Below are positions 25,927 through 34,520 of a DNA stretch of 64,000 nt, piece by piece. The stretch covers positions 3,149 to 67,148 of the forward strand of contig JABBNX010000003.1 in NCBI GenBank assembly GCA_019352135.1, in the 5' to 3' direction. A model generated the notes under the pieces. It was not told where the DNA came from, made no database searches, and saw only the letters and a program-made list of their open reading frames with translations. Every line of letters begins with the position of its first letter. Within the stretch, counting starts at the first letter, position 1. The stretch is from Pseudomonadota bacterium (GTDB lineage: Bacteria > Desulfobacterota > Desulfuromonadia > Geobacterales > Pseudopelobacteraceae). Position numbers and translations under genes: made by a program.

Positions 25927-26517
25927 ATGAAAAATTGGAAAAAAGCCTTCATTTTTGTAGTGCTGATCATTTTTTCACGGGCATTGCCGGCGTCAGCAGA
26001 TAACACCGCCTCCACTGCGTCGGGGGAATACGGCGTCCTCACCGGTTACGGCATTTCACATATCGGCTTCGGTGCAACCCGCCATCAGGTTCAGACGTGG
26101 GACTTCATCCTGCGGGCCGGTTTTTTTCTTTCGGATGAGGTCGGCAAAGGGAGCTGGTATCAAGGTCGACATGAGATTTTACTTGAGCTCCCTTACCACA
26201 TGGCGGTAGACCATGGCGACCGCTCCATGGTGGGGGGATACGTGCTCGGCCACTGGAGATTCACCAGCATGGACAAGTTTGTACCCTACGTGTTTGCCGG
26301 AGGCGGCCCGTTGTACGTGGACCTGGGACTGCCGACGATGGGCACGAAACTCTGCTTCAGCTACCAAGGGGGAACCGGGCTGCAGTATTTCATAGACAAG
26401 AAAACCGCACTGAATTTTGAGTACCGCTATCATCACATCTCAAATGCCGGCACAGCTGAGCCTAATGAACCGATCAACTCAAGCAAGATATTGGTGGGAG
26501 TGTCATTTTACCACTAA
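25927..26517 (+). CDS. PagL-like outer-membrane acyloxyacyl hydrolase (lipid A 3-O-deacylase family)
   Basis: Signal peptide MKNWKKAFIFVVLIIFSRALPASA and alternating beta-barrel-like sequence. C-terminal FEYRYHHISNAG...ILVGVSFYH contains the family His-x-Ser catalytic pair. Start set at ATG 25927 inside the listed ORF. Confidence 0.7.
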   Translation: MKNWKKAFIFVVLIIFSRALPASADNTASTASGEYGVLTGYGISHIGFGATRHQVQTWDFILRAGFFLSDEVGKGSWYQGRHEILLELPYHMAVDHGDRSMVGGYVLGHWRFTSMDKFVPYVFAGGGPLYVDLGLPTMGTKLCFSYQGGTGLQYFIDKKTALNFEYRYHHISNAGTAEPNEPINSSKILVGVSFYH

Positions 26518-26541
26518 AAGGACTTGTACCATTTCGACGCT

Positions 26542-26591
26542 ATAAACAGAACCGGGACGCACCTGATTGGCCGCGTCCCGGTTCTGTTTAT
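26542..26591. terminator. Perfect 19-bp inverted repeat between the convergent pagL-like gene and gyrA (bidirectional terminator candidate)
   Basis: ATAAACAGAACCGGGACGC (26542-26560), a 12-nt loop, then GCGTCCCGGTTCTGTTTAT (26573-26591). A/T runs flank both arms. Confidence 0.6.
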
Positions 26592-26618
26592 ATTCTGTTC
26601 GCGAACTGAAGTTTTTTG

Positions 26619-29183
26619 CTACACCTCTTCTTCAGTCCCTTCCATATCTTCTTCCATATTTTCTTCGTCCTCATCCTTTTCAGCCAGACGGGCGACAGCC
26701 ACAACCTTCTCATTATCTTCGGTGTTCATCAGCGTGACACCCTGGGTATTCCGCCCGATGACCGAGAACCCGGAAACCGGCACCCGCAGGATCTTCCCCT
26801 GATCGGTAATTACCATCAGATCGTGGTCGTCCGCAACCTGCATGACGTTGACCACGCAACCGTTCCGCTCGGTGGTTTTTATCGTAATGATTCCCTTGCC
26901 GCCACGCGACTGATCGCGGTATTCGTCCAGATCGGTACGCTTGCCGAAGCCGTTTTCGCAGACAGTGAAGATGGTCGAGCCGACCGCCGTATTATCAACG
27001 ATCTCCATGCCGATCACCCGGTCGTCCTTGGCAAGGTTCATGCCGCGCACCCCGCGGGTGACACGTCCCATGGAGCGCACATCTTCCTCGTTGAAGCGAA
27101 TGGCTTTGCCGCCCCGCGAAGCAAGGAAGATGTCCTTGCTGCCATCGGTCAGCGCCACGGAGATCAGCTTGTCACCATCATCCAGATTAACGGCGATAAT
27201 GCCGCCAGAGCGGACGTTGGAGTAGTCCACCAGAGGAGTCTTTTTGACGACGCCATTCTGGGTGGCCATGAAGAGGTACGTGTTCTCGCTGAACTCCTTG
27301 ACCGGCAGGATCGTGGTAATCTTTTCTCCGGCCGCGACGTTGACCAGGTTAACGACCGCCTTTCCTTTGGTGGTGCGGCTCCCCTCCGGAATCTCGTAGA
27401 CCTTGAGCCAGTACATCCGCCCGGCATCGGTGAAGCAGAGCAGGTAATCCTTGGTCGAGGCGATGAAGAGCTGCTCGACGAAATCCTCCTCTTTGGTCTT
27501 CATGCCGGTCTTGCCTTTGCCGCCGCGACGCTGCGAGCGATAGAGGTCAACGGCGCTCCGCTTGATGTAACCGGTGTGCGAAATGGTGACAACCATCTCT
27601 TCATCTTCGATGGTGTCCTCCAATGAAATATCGGCGCTCTTGTCGGCGATTTCGGAGCGGCGTTTGTCGCCGAACCGTTCCCGGATCTCGGACAGCTCGG
27701 CGACGATTATCTTGAATATTTCGGTATCGGACGCCAGGATCTCGCGCAGACGGGCGATCAGCTTCATAATCTCTTCATACTCAGCGATGATCTTGTCCCG
27801 CTCGAGGCCGGTCAGGCGCTGCAGGCGCATCTCCAGAATTGCCTGGGCCTGGATCTCGGATAACTGCACCGAACTTTCAAAACCGACAGGGCGGGGCAGA
27901 TTGAGCCGCGCCAGGAATTCGGGATCGGCGAACTTGCCTTCCATCAGGGCCAATTTGGCTTCGGGAGGGGTTTTGGACTCACGGATCATTTCAATCACGG
28001 CATCCAGCCAGTCCAGGGCAATCTTGAGACCTTCCAGAATATGAGCGCGGGCCAGCGCCTTCTTCAGCTCAAAGTTGGTGCGACGAGTTACGACTTCGCT
28101 GCGATGCTCGATAAAGCAATCCATCATCTCGCGCAGGGTCAACACGCGGGGACGATTGTGGACAATGGCCAGCATGATGATACCGAACGACACCTGTAAC
28201 TGGGATTGTTTGTAGAGCTGGTTGAGCAGCACCTCCGCATTTTCGTCCCGTTTGACTTCGATAACGATCCGCATCCCCTGGCGGTCGGACTCGTCGCGGA
28301 TCTCGGTAATCCCCTCGACCTTCTTCTCCTTGACCAACTCGGCGATTTTTTCGATCAGGCGGGCCTTGTTGACCTGGTAGGGAAGCTCGGTAACGATGAT
28401 CGCCTGGCGCTCTGAACGTTTTGAGGCTTCGACGTGGGCCTTGGCACGGATCTGGATAATGCCGCGACCGGTACGGTACGCATCCCTGATACCCTGGCGG
28501 CCGTAGATGGTGGCACCGGTCGGAAAGTCCGGCCCCGGGACCATTGCCAGCAGCTCTTCAAAATCTATCTCCGGATTCTGGATCACGGCAATGATGCCGT
28601 CAATCACTTCGCCCAGATTGTGGGGTGGAATGTTGGTGGCCATGCCGACCGCAATGCCGGTCGAGCCGTTTACCAGCAGATTCGGGAACTTGGACGGGAG
28701 CACCGTCGGCTCGAGCATCTCCTCGTTGTAGTTCGGGACCATGATGACGGTTTCTTTGTCCAGATCGGCCAGCAGTTCATGGGAAAGCTGGCGCAGGCGG
28801 ATCTCGGTATAACGCATTGCAGCCGGGCGGTCGCCATCCACTGAACCAAAGTTACCCTGGCCATCCACCAGCATGTAGCGGAGCGAAAAATCCTGGGCCA
28901 TACGCACGATGGTGTCGTACGCGGCCGTGTCGCCGTGCGGATGATACTTACCGATAACATCACCGACCACACGGGCCGATTTTTTGTACGGCTTGTTATA
29001 GTCATTGCTCATGTCGTACATGGCGTAGAGGCAGCGCCGGTGAACCGGCTTGAGACCATCGCGCACGTCCGGAAGGGCACGGCCGATAATGACCGACATG
29101 GCATAATCCATGTAGGAACGCTTCATTTCATCTTCAATATTAACCGCTACCTTGTTCGTTGCGATTTCCGCTGGGATCTGCAT
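26619..29183 (-). CDS. gyrA: DNA gyrase subunit A
   Basis: 854 aa. ..[24 protein letters not shown].. and a full-length GyrA pattern, with C-terminal beta-pinwheel repeats and an acidic tail. Confidence 0.97.
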   Translation of the reverse strand: MQIPAEIATNKVAVNIEDEMKRSYMDYAMSVIIGRALPDVRDGLKPVHRRCLYAMYDMSNDYNKPYKKSARVVGDVIGKYHPHGDTAAYDTIVRMAQDFSLRYMLVDGQGNFGSVDGDRPAAMRYTEIRLRQLSHELLADLDKETVIMVPNYNEEMLEPTVLPSKFPNLLVNGSTGIAVGMATNIPPHNLGEVIDGIIAVIQNPEIDFEELLAMVPGPDFPTGATIYGRQGIRDAYRTGRGIIQIRAKAHVEASKRSERQAIIVTELPYQVNKARLIEKIAELVKEKKVEGITEIRDESDRQGMRIVIEVKRDENAEVLLNQLYKQSQLQVSFGIIMLAIVHNRPRVLTLREMMDCFIEHRSEVVTRRTNFELKKALARAHILEGLKIALDWLDAVIEMIRESKTPPEAKLALMEGKFADPEFLARLNLPRPVGFESSVQLSEIQAQAILEMRLQRLTGLERDKIIAEYEEIMKLIARLREILASDTEIFKIIVAELSEIRERFGDKRRSEIADKSADISLEDTIEDEEMVVTISHTGYIKRSAVDLYRSQRRGGKGKTGMKTKEEDFVEQLFIASTKDYLLCFTDAGRMYWLKVYEIPEGSRTTKGKAVVNLVNVAAGEKITTILPVKEFSENTYLFMATQNGVVKKTPLVDYSNVRSGGIIAVNLDDGDKLISVALTDGSKDIFLASRGGKAIRFNEEDVRSMGRVTRGVRGMNLAKDDRVIGMEIVDNTAVGSTIFTVCENGFGKRTDLDEYRDQSRGGKGIITIKTTERNGCVVNVMQVADDHDLMVITDQGKILRVPVSGFSVIGRNTQGVTLMNTEDNEKVVAVARLAEKDEDEENMEEDMEGTEEEV

Positions 29184-29403
29184 TAGTACCTCGTATCAGC
29201 AATTAACGCGTTATTTCTACATCAAATTCAGGGGAAAATTTCGAGATTTCAGAAAAAATGTCCTGCAAAACAGCAGTGGATACTACCATAAATTCTCCGA
29301 CAAGAGAACCCTATTTATACCATCTATTTTATCGGCATCGTGGCCCGACAAGCGTCAGCCTGCAACAGTCCGCCGGAACAATTTGTGCCGGCCCGCGGCT
29401 TGG

Positions 29404-29919
29404 TCAGGTTTTATCTCTCAACATGTTCAAAATATGCGCACAAACAGCATCTTGCGTCAGCCCGGCAGAGCGGATAGTTATATCCGCGTACTTTGTGTAC
29501 AGAGTGAAGCGTTCGTGAAATAAGTCCGCCAAGTCCTGATCGGATCTTTTTGCAATACCTCGCGTGCGGAAGTCGTGAATCCTCGCTTCAAGTGTGAGCA
29601 GGTCCACATCCAGAAAAATGACAATGCCGCCCGCTTTGAGATGCGCCATGGCACTGGCACTGTAAACAGCGCTGCCGCCAGTGGCAATAACGCAGTTCGT
29701 GGCAGAAATTTCCTGCAGAACATCTCCCTCTATTTCCCGCAATGCAGCATACCCTTCAGAATCAACAATATCCTGCAACGTCCGTTTCTGTGAGGTCTGA
29801 ATGAGCACGTCCGTATCCACGAAGCCACGTAATGTTTGCTTCGCCAGAATAACCCCGACGGTGCTTTTGCCTGCGCCCGGCATTCCGATCAGAATTATAT
29901 TTGAACGTTTTCGGTTCAT
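29404..29919 (-). CDS. aroK: Shikimate kinase
   Basis: P-loop IILIGMPGAGKSTVG, DTD motif and GGGAV-like ATGGSAV. Start moved to ATG 29919 (MNRKRSN..). Confidence 0.85.
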   Translation of the reverse strand: MNRKRSNIILIGMPGAGKSTVGVILAKQTLRGFVDTDVLIQTSQKRTLQDIVDSEGYAALREIEGDVLQEISATNCVIATGGSAVYSASAMAHLKAGGIVIFLDVDLLTLEARIHDFRTRGIAKRSDQDLADLFHERFTLYTKYADITIRSAGLTQDAVCAHILNMLRDKT

Positions 29920-30282
29920 GTATTCTCGAAAGCTGATGACGCGCTTCACAGCACGCCATTCCATGTAAAGAGGATACTGTCAATTAAATACGCTACTTCA
30001 GTCGCCGGTCTCGTCCGTAATACGATCTCCCAAGTGCAACAGCGTATTATGTTGTTGATCTGCGTCGAGTTTAACACACTTTCAACATACGTGGTGCCCA
30101 ACGTGGGCTGTCTCCAGCAGCACATTCTGGCTTTCCTATGTGGACAGGCTGTGCAAAATGTTCTACCCGACCATAAAGATCAAGTTTTTGCTACTATGAC
30201 TATATAAAAGTGGTAAAATAGCTCTGTAAGTTGAATAGCAACGCATTAAAAGGTTTTTGACTGCAGGGGAAAGGAGAGTGCG

Positions 30283-30770
30283 ATGAACATCCTCGAATGT
30301 ACCATAAAGATGAAAAAGAGACGCAGGCTCATTACGAACGCCTCTCGGAAGCTGTTGCACATGAAGAGATGAAACGTCTGTTTTCACTATTTGCATCTGC
30401 AGAAGGTGAACATGTGGAAAAATTGATGGCGTTGAAAAAAAGCATAAAAATATCTGGCGCGCGGGACCTCGAAGGACTGAAAGAAAATATGTGCGTATTT
30501 AGTCCGCAGAGCGATCTGGACCATCTGGCAAAGACCATGAAAGACGATCCGGATGTTTGCCGCTTTGCTGAGCAGGAAGAAAAGGAAACAATCGATTTTC
30601 TGGATCAGCTGAACAGGCAGGCGGAGAGCGAGCAACTGAGGGACATCTGCCGGTTGCTGGCAGACAAAGAACGCGATCATTTAAAAATGCTGGAAGAGAT
30701 TTATTTATTTGTTGAAGAGCCAAAAACGTATCTGGAGTGGGGCGAATTCAGCAATCTCAAAAGCCTCTAG
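30283..30770 (+). CDS. Ferritin-like/rubrerythrin-type diiron four-helix-bundle protein; reading frame broken at an A5 run (30313-30317)
   Basis: ATG 30283 has a strong RBS (GGGGAAAGGAGAG, 30267-30279) and encodes MNILECTIKM.., a typical N-terminus of this family, but it stops after 29 codons. The long ORF (listed from ATG 30297, no RBS) lies 2 nt ahead of that frame (one inserted A would restore it) and carries E..ExxH twice (AEGEHVEKL, KERDHLKML). One extra A would fuse them. Confidence 0.55.
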
Positions 30771-30791
30771 CACAAAAAGGAGGTGAGTTTT

Positions 30792-30998
30792 GTGACTACG
30801 ACTAAATTTGAACAGGTATGCTACCGGACAGAACAGAGAGATGAGCACGTCTCGCTGTTTAATATGAAAAGCGGCGAGGTGGGCTATTCGTTTGGATGTA
30901 CCCAGGAAGGAGTGACCGTACAGGTAAAACTGACTAACGGTAATTTGGACTCATGGAGCCGCGATGAGTGTACAGAGAATTATTCTGTACCTCTTTAA
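30792..30998 (+). CDS. Small hypothetical protein (68 aa)
   Basis: GTG 30792 lies 8 nt after AAGGAGG (30777-30783), immediately downstream of the ferritin-like gene. No recognisable motif. Confidence 0.35.
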   Translation: MTTTKFEQVCYRTEQRDEHVSLFNMKSGEVGYSFGCTQEGVTVQVKLTNGNLDSWSRDECTENYSVPL

Positions 30999-31051
30999 CG
31001 TGTTCCGGTTCTCTGAATACTGGATATCACAAGTTCAGGGTTTTGCTAACT

Positions 31052-31216
31052 TCAGATGCAGTGTGTACACCTGTCGGTATCGGTGTCGGCCAACTCGCTT
31101 CCACAAGCTACGCAGGCGTTGACCCATTCAGGGTGCCCGGCGTTGATGGCTCGCATTTTGGCCTCAAGGCGTTTCACTTCGGCTTCCATCTCGTCGTTGT
31201 ATTGAGATTCAAACAT
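31052..31216 (-). CDS. Small zinc-ribbon-type protein (54 aa, CxxC-x11-CxxC); not in the ORF track (<60 aa)
   Basis: Reverse-strand translation by hand: MFESQYNDEMEAEVKRLEAKMRAINAGHPEWVNACVACGSELADTDTDRCTHCI*. ATG 31216 is preceded by GAGGGA at a spacing of about 4 nt. It converges on the 68-aa ORF. Confidence 0.4.
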   Translation of the reverse strand: MFESQYNDEMEAEVKRLEAKMRAINAGHPEWVNACVACGSELADTDTDRCTHCI

Positions 31217-31507
31217 GACATCCCTCTTCTCAGTGCCCGGTTTAGACGGCTTAATGTGGAAGTAATATACTGGAGCCGGTGTTTTTGCGTCCTCTGTTGC
31301 AGAAAATCATCGTAAGAACTAAAACCGACTCCGTATCCATCAAAGCAATCGATTTCATCTTATCGTTGATCCTGCTATTGCCATATCGATTATGCGTGAT
31401 AACATTTTAAAAAACACCACAGGTGGCATTGTCATGATTGTCCGTACCCTCAGGGAATCCGTTAATTTGGGGGGAATAACTTCATAAACACCGGAAAGAG
31501 AAATAAC

Positions 31508-32134
31508 ATGACCTATACCAGCTATACAAAGGAACAGACGGCCCTGCTCGTGGTGGATTCCTATAATGATTTCTTGTCCAATGGCGGCAAGCTTTGGCCA
31601 CTGGTTGAAGCTGTTGCCACGGAGGTCGGACTTCTCGACAACCTGCGAAACGTCATCTCCAAGACCCGCATGGCTGGCATCCGTATCTTCTTCGTTCCCC
31701 ATCGTCGCTGGGAACCGGGCGACTATGAAAGCTGGGCTCATCCGAGTCCGGACCAGGTTGCCGTTGGCAGGAGGCAGGTTTTTGCAAAGGGTGCATGGGG
31801 CGGCGAATGGCATCCCGACTTCATGCCCCAACCAGGCGACATCGTCATTAAGGAACACTGGGCTCAGAACGGTTTTGCGAATACCGATCTTGACTTCCTG
31901 CTCAAACAGCACGGGATCGACAAGGTAATTCTGGTTGGCATGCTTGCCAATACCTGTATTGAGGCCACCGGCCGTTATGCCATGGAACTCGGCTACCACG
32001 TAACACTGCTGAAGGATGCAACTGCAGCCTTTTCTATGGATCGGATGCATGCAGCGCACGCACTGAATGGCCCCAATTTTGCCCATGCAATCCTGACAAC
32101 GGCCGAACTCATTGCCGTGCTGCCACAGGCGTGA
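31508..32134 (+). CDS. Isochorismatase-family cysteine hydrolase
   Basis: ALLVVDSYNDF.., KVILVGMLANTCIEATGRYAMELGY (catalytic Cys context). An RBS (GGAAAGAG) precedes the ATG. The antisense 243-aa ORF is rejected. Confidence 0.85.
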   Translation: MTYTSYTKEQTALLVVDSYNDFLSNGGKLWPLVEAVATEVGLLDNLRNVISKTRMAGIRIFFVPHRRWEPGDYESWAHPSPDQVAVGRRQVFAKGAWGGEWHPDFMPQPGDIVIKEHWAQNGFANTDLDFLLKQHGIDKVILVGMLANTCIEATGRYAMELGYHVTLLKDATAAFSMDRMHAAHALNGPNFAHAILTTAELIAVLPQA

Positions 32135-32158
32135 TCACTTTCGCGCTGTGTCGCGACG

Positions 32159-33184
32159 CTAATCTTCATCCTCGGCAGGCTCATCATCCAACTGATCCAT
32201 TAGCTCAGGGTCCGGGAAGTTCGGGATTTTCATTCCAAAGCATAGCCCCATCCCGCCGAGAAGATCTTTCATCTCGGTTAGTGAGTTCCGGCCGAAATTC
32301 TTTGTTTTCAGCATCTCGGATTCAGATTTTATGACCAACTCGCCAATAACCGTAATCCCGGCGTTTTTAAGAGCGTTGCCTGACCGGACCGACAGTTCGA
32401 AGTCCGTGACTTTGCGATACAGGTATTCATTTAAGTCGGCAGCAGCTTCTTGAAGATCTTCACCTACTGGCGGCACGTATTCCTCATCAAAGTTAACGAA
32501 TATAGTCAGCTGTTCCTTCAGAATCTTAGCTGCATACGCAACAGCGTCTTCAGGTGTGACACTGCCGTCAGTCCAGACCTCAAGAGTTAAGTTGTCATAA
32601 TCGGTCAATTGTCCGGCACGTGATGTGCTGACTGAAAAATTAACTTTTTTGATCGGTGTATAAATTGAATCTATCGCGATAGCATCAACTGGATCGCTTT
32701 CACTTCGATTACGCTCAGCAGGTACATACCCGCGACCAATTTTTATAGCCATCTCGATATCAAGATTAGCATCAGCCCCACAGGTGGCGATGTATTTGTT
32801 AGGATTCATTACATCAACATTATGCCCGGTAATAATATTGCCTGCGGTGACAACTCCGGCTCCTTTGCACTTAATGTGAACAATGGCCTGTTCAGTAGAA
32901 TGCAATTTAAACCGGACTGCTTTCAGGTTTAAGATTATTTCAGTGACATCCTCGGTGACACCTTGAATAGCCGAGAACTCATGCAGTACCCCTTTGATTC
33001 GCAAAGAGGTAATTGCGGCCCCCCGAATAGATGAGAGCAGAACACGTCTTAGTGAGTTGCCGAGTATAGTTCCAAAACCTTTTTCAAACGGTTCAGCGTA
33101 AAACTTGCCATACGTTGCGGTAAGCGTATCTTTGTCAGCTTGCAGTTGAGAGGGCTTAATTTGATCATGCCAATTGTTATACAT
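32159..33184 (-). CDS. rpoA: DNA-directed RNA polymerase alpha subunit, located outside any ribosomal-protein operon
   Basis: 341 aa. [48 protein letters not shown] (N-terminal domain). C-terminal domain [34 protein letters not shown], plus an acidic tail. Confidence 0.9.
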   Translation of the reverse strand: MYNNWHDQIKPSQLQADKDTLTATYGKFYAEPFEKGFGTILGNSLRRVLLSSIRGAAITSLRIKGVLHEFSAIQGVTEDVTEIILNLKAVRFKLHSTEQAIVHIKCKGAGVVTAGNIITGHNVDVMNPNKYIATCGADANLDIEMAIKIGRGYVPAERNRSESDPVDAIAIDSIYTPIKKVNFSVSTSRAGQLTDYDNLTLEVWTDGSVTPEDAVAYAAKILKEQLTIFVNFDEEYVPPVGEDLQEAAADLNEYLYRKVTDFELSVRSGNALKNAGITVIGELVIKSESEMLKTKNFGRNSLTEMKDLLGGMGLCFGMKIPNFPDPELMDQLDDEPAEDED

Positions 33185-33482
33185 TCGGAATCCCCAAAAA
33201 TAGTAATGTTAATTGTCGGTATGTAAGTATCAAGGTTCCAGAACCACAGTGGCAGGGGAACAGTCGTAATAATCGAGTCGGTAACTACTTGGCGCACAAA
33301 GGTTTCTCTTGTCACGTATTCTGGAGATCCACTCCCAGCGGATTTCACGGCAACTGCTCCTATTACAGCGGCTTCAGAAGCTGTAGCGTCTCAATATTGG
33401 AGTCCCACTTTATCGGGGCGACTCCTCAAAGCAGGCATACACGTAGTAATCGCATCCCATTGGCGATACGAAAATGATCTTA

Positions 33483-34178
33483 TTAGCGCCGATCTCCTGT
33501 AAAATTCAGCAACATGAGAAAGAGGTTGATAAAGTCCAGATACAGTGTCAGTGCGCCAAGGATCGCTGGTTTTCTGCCCTCGGTTCCCTGGGCTGCCATT
33601 GCTTTGATCTTCCAGGTGTCATAAGCAGTCAGACCGGTGAAGACAAGCACTCCAATCCCGGAGATGACCCATGAAACGGCACTGCTGCCAACGAAGATAT
33701 TGACAACAGAGGCAATCACCACACCAATCAGACCCATAAACAGGAAATTACCCCATGAGGTCAGGTCACGTTTGGTCATAAAACCATAGATGCTCATGGC
33801 TCCGAACATACCTGCAGTGGTAACGAAGGTGGAGGTAATCGAAGTGGCGGTGTAAACCAGAGCTACACTGGACAAGGTGATGCCGTTAAGCGCCGAATAG
33901 GCAATGAATATTAGCGTTGCCGTCGTCGCACTAAACTTGTTGATTGCGCCGACCAGGGTGAATACTAAAACCAGTTCGCCGATCATCAGGCCATAGAAAA
34001 CCACCTTGTTCCCTAACACGGCACTGAGAAGAACAGGTGAGGAGAGCGTGATGAGCGACATGAAAGCTGTGAGTGCCAACCCTGCTCCCATCCAGGCGTA
34101 AACCTGACGCACAAGGGTATTTTGCCTCACGACTACCTGGGTTGCGGTTCGAGGATACGGGGTATTAATTTCATGCAT
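33483..34178 (-). CDS. BAX inhibitor-1/YccA-family membrane protein
   Basis: 231 aa with seven hydrophobic segments. The C-terminal ..GALTLYLDFINLFLMLLNF.G.R is the family signature. Confidence 0.9.
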   Translation of the reverse strand: MHEINTPYPRTATQVVVRQNTLVRQVYAWMGAGLALTAFMSLITLSSPVLLSAVLGNKVVFYGLMIGELVLVFTLVGAINKFSATTATLIFIAYSALNGITLSSVALVYTATSITSTFVTTAGMFGAMSIYGFMTKRDLTSWGNFLFMGLIGVVIASVVNIFVGSSAVSWVISGIGVLVFTGLTAYDTWKIKAMAAQGTEGRKPAILGALTLYLDFINLFLMLLNFTGDRR

Positions 34179-34350
34179 AATAAATCTCCTTTATGGTAAT
34201 TCTTTTGCTGCTTCGGTCAACACTGCTCGTAAAAACGGGATCGACTGCTGATAAATTATTTACTCTCTCTTGTACCTGCCACGTTTGCAATCAGTATATC
34301 ATTTTTTTAAGCCATTGCGTGACTGTTTCCGGTTTTGGACGTTCATTCAT

Positions 34351-34388
34351 CCAAAAGCACGACCAGACGCGGCTTGCCGTGCTTTTGG
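34351..34388. other. Perfect 11-bp-stem hairpin in the gyrB-yccA intergenic region
   Basis: CCAAAAGCACG, a 16-nt loop, then CGTGCTTTTGG. Confidence 0.5.
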
Positions 34389-34470
34389 GCATACTGCTCT
34401 GTCATTTTGGTGCCGCCGGTAAGCTCGCCTCTTTTGCCATACAATTTCAAACTGTGAGGTTCACAGCATT

Positions 34471-34520
34471 AATAAGAGAGGGGTTTGCCATTAATTAATA
34501 GCAACCCCTCTCTTATTTTT
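34471..34520. terminator. Perfect 15-bp-stem hairpin downstream of gyrB; the T-run lies on the plus-strand side
   Basis: AATAAGAGAGGGGTT (34471-34485), a 17-nt loop, AACCCCTCTCTTATT (34503-34517), then TTT. On the minus strand (gyrB sense) it is followed by AAUGCUG, so there is no U-tract. Confidence 0.5.

Noticed and set aside
26616-27626. 336-aa plus-strand ORF, plus others at 27574-28844
   Set aside because: They are antisense to gyrA.
30188-30219. Sigma70 promoter for the ferritin-like gene (TTGCTA ... TGGTAAAAT)
   Set aside because: The spacer between the -35-like and -10-like hexamers is 20 nt, outside the functional range.
31355-32086. 243-aa minus-strand ORF
   Set aside because: The plus-strand ORF over the same DNA is a clear isochorismatase-family protein with an RBS. 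The minus-strand product has no motif.
34193-34498. 101-aa plus-strand ORF in the gyrB-yccA spacer
   Set aside because: It has no RBS and a Leu/Cys/Phe-rich, junk-like sequence that reads through two long hairpins. I kept only the hairpins as features.
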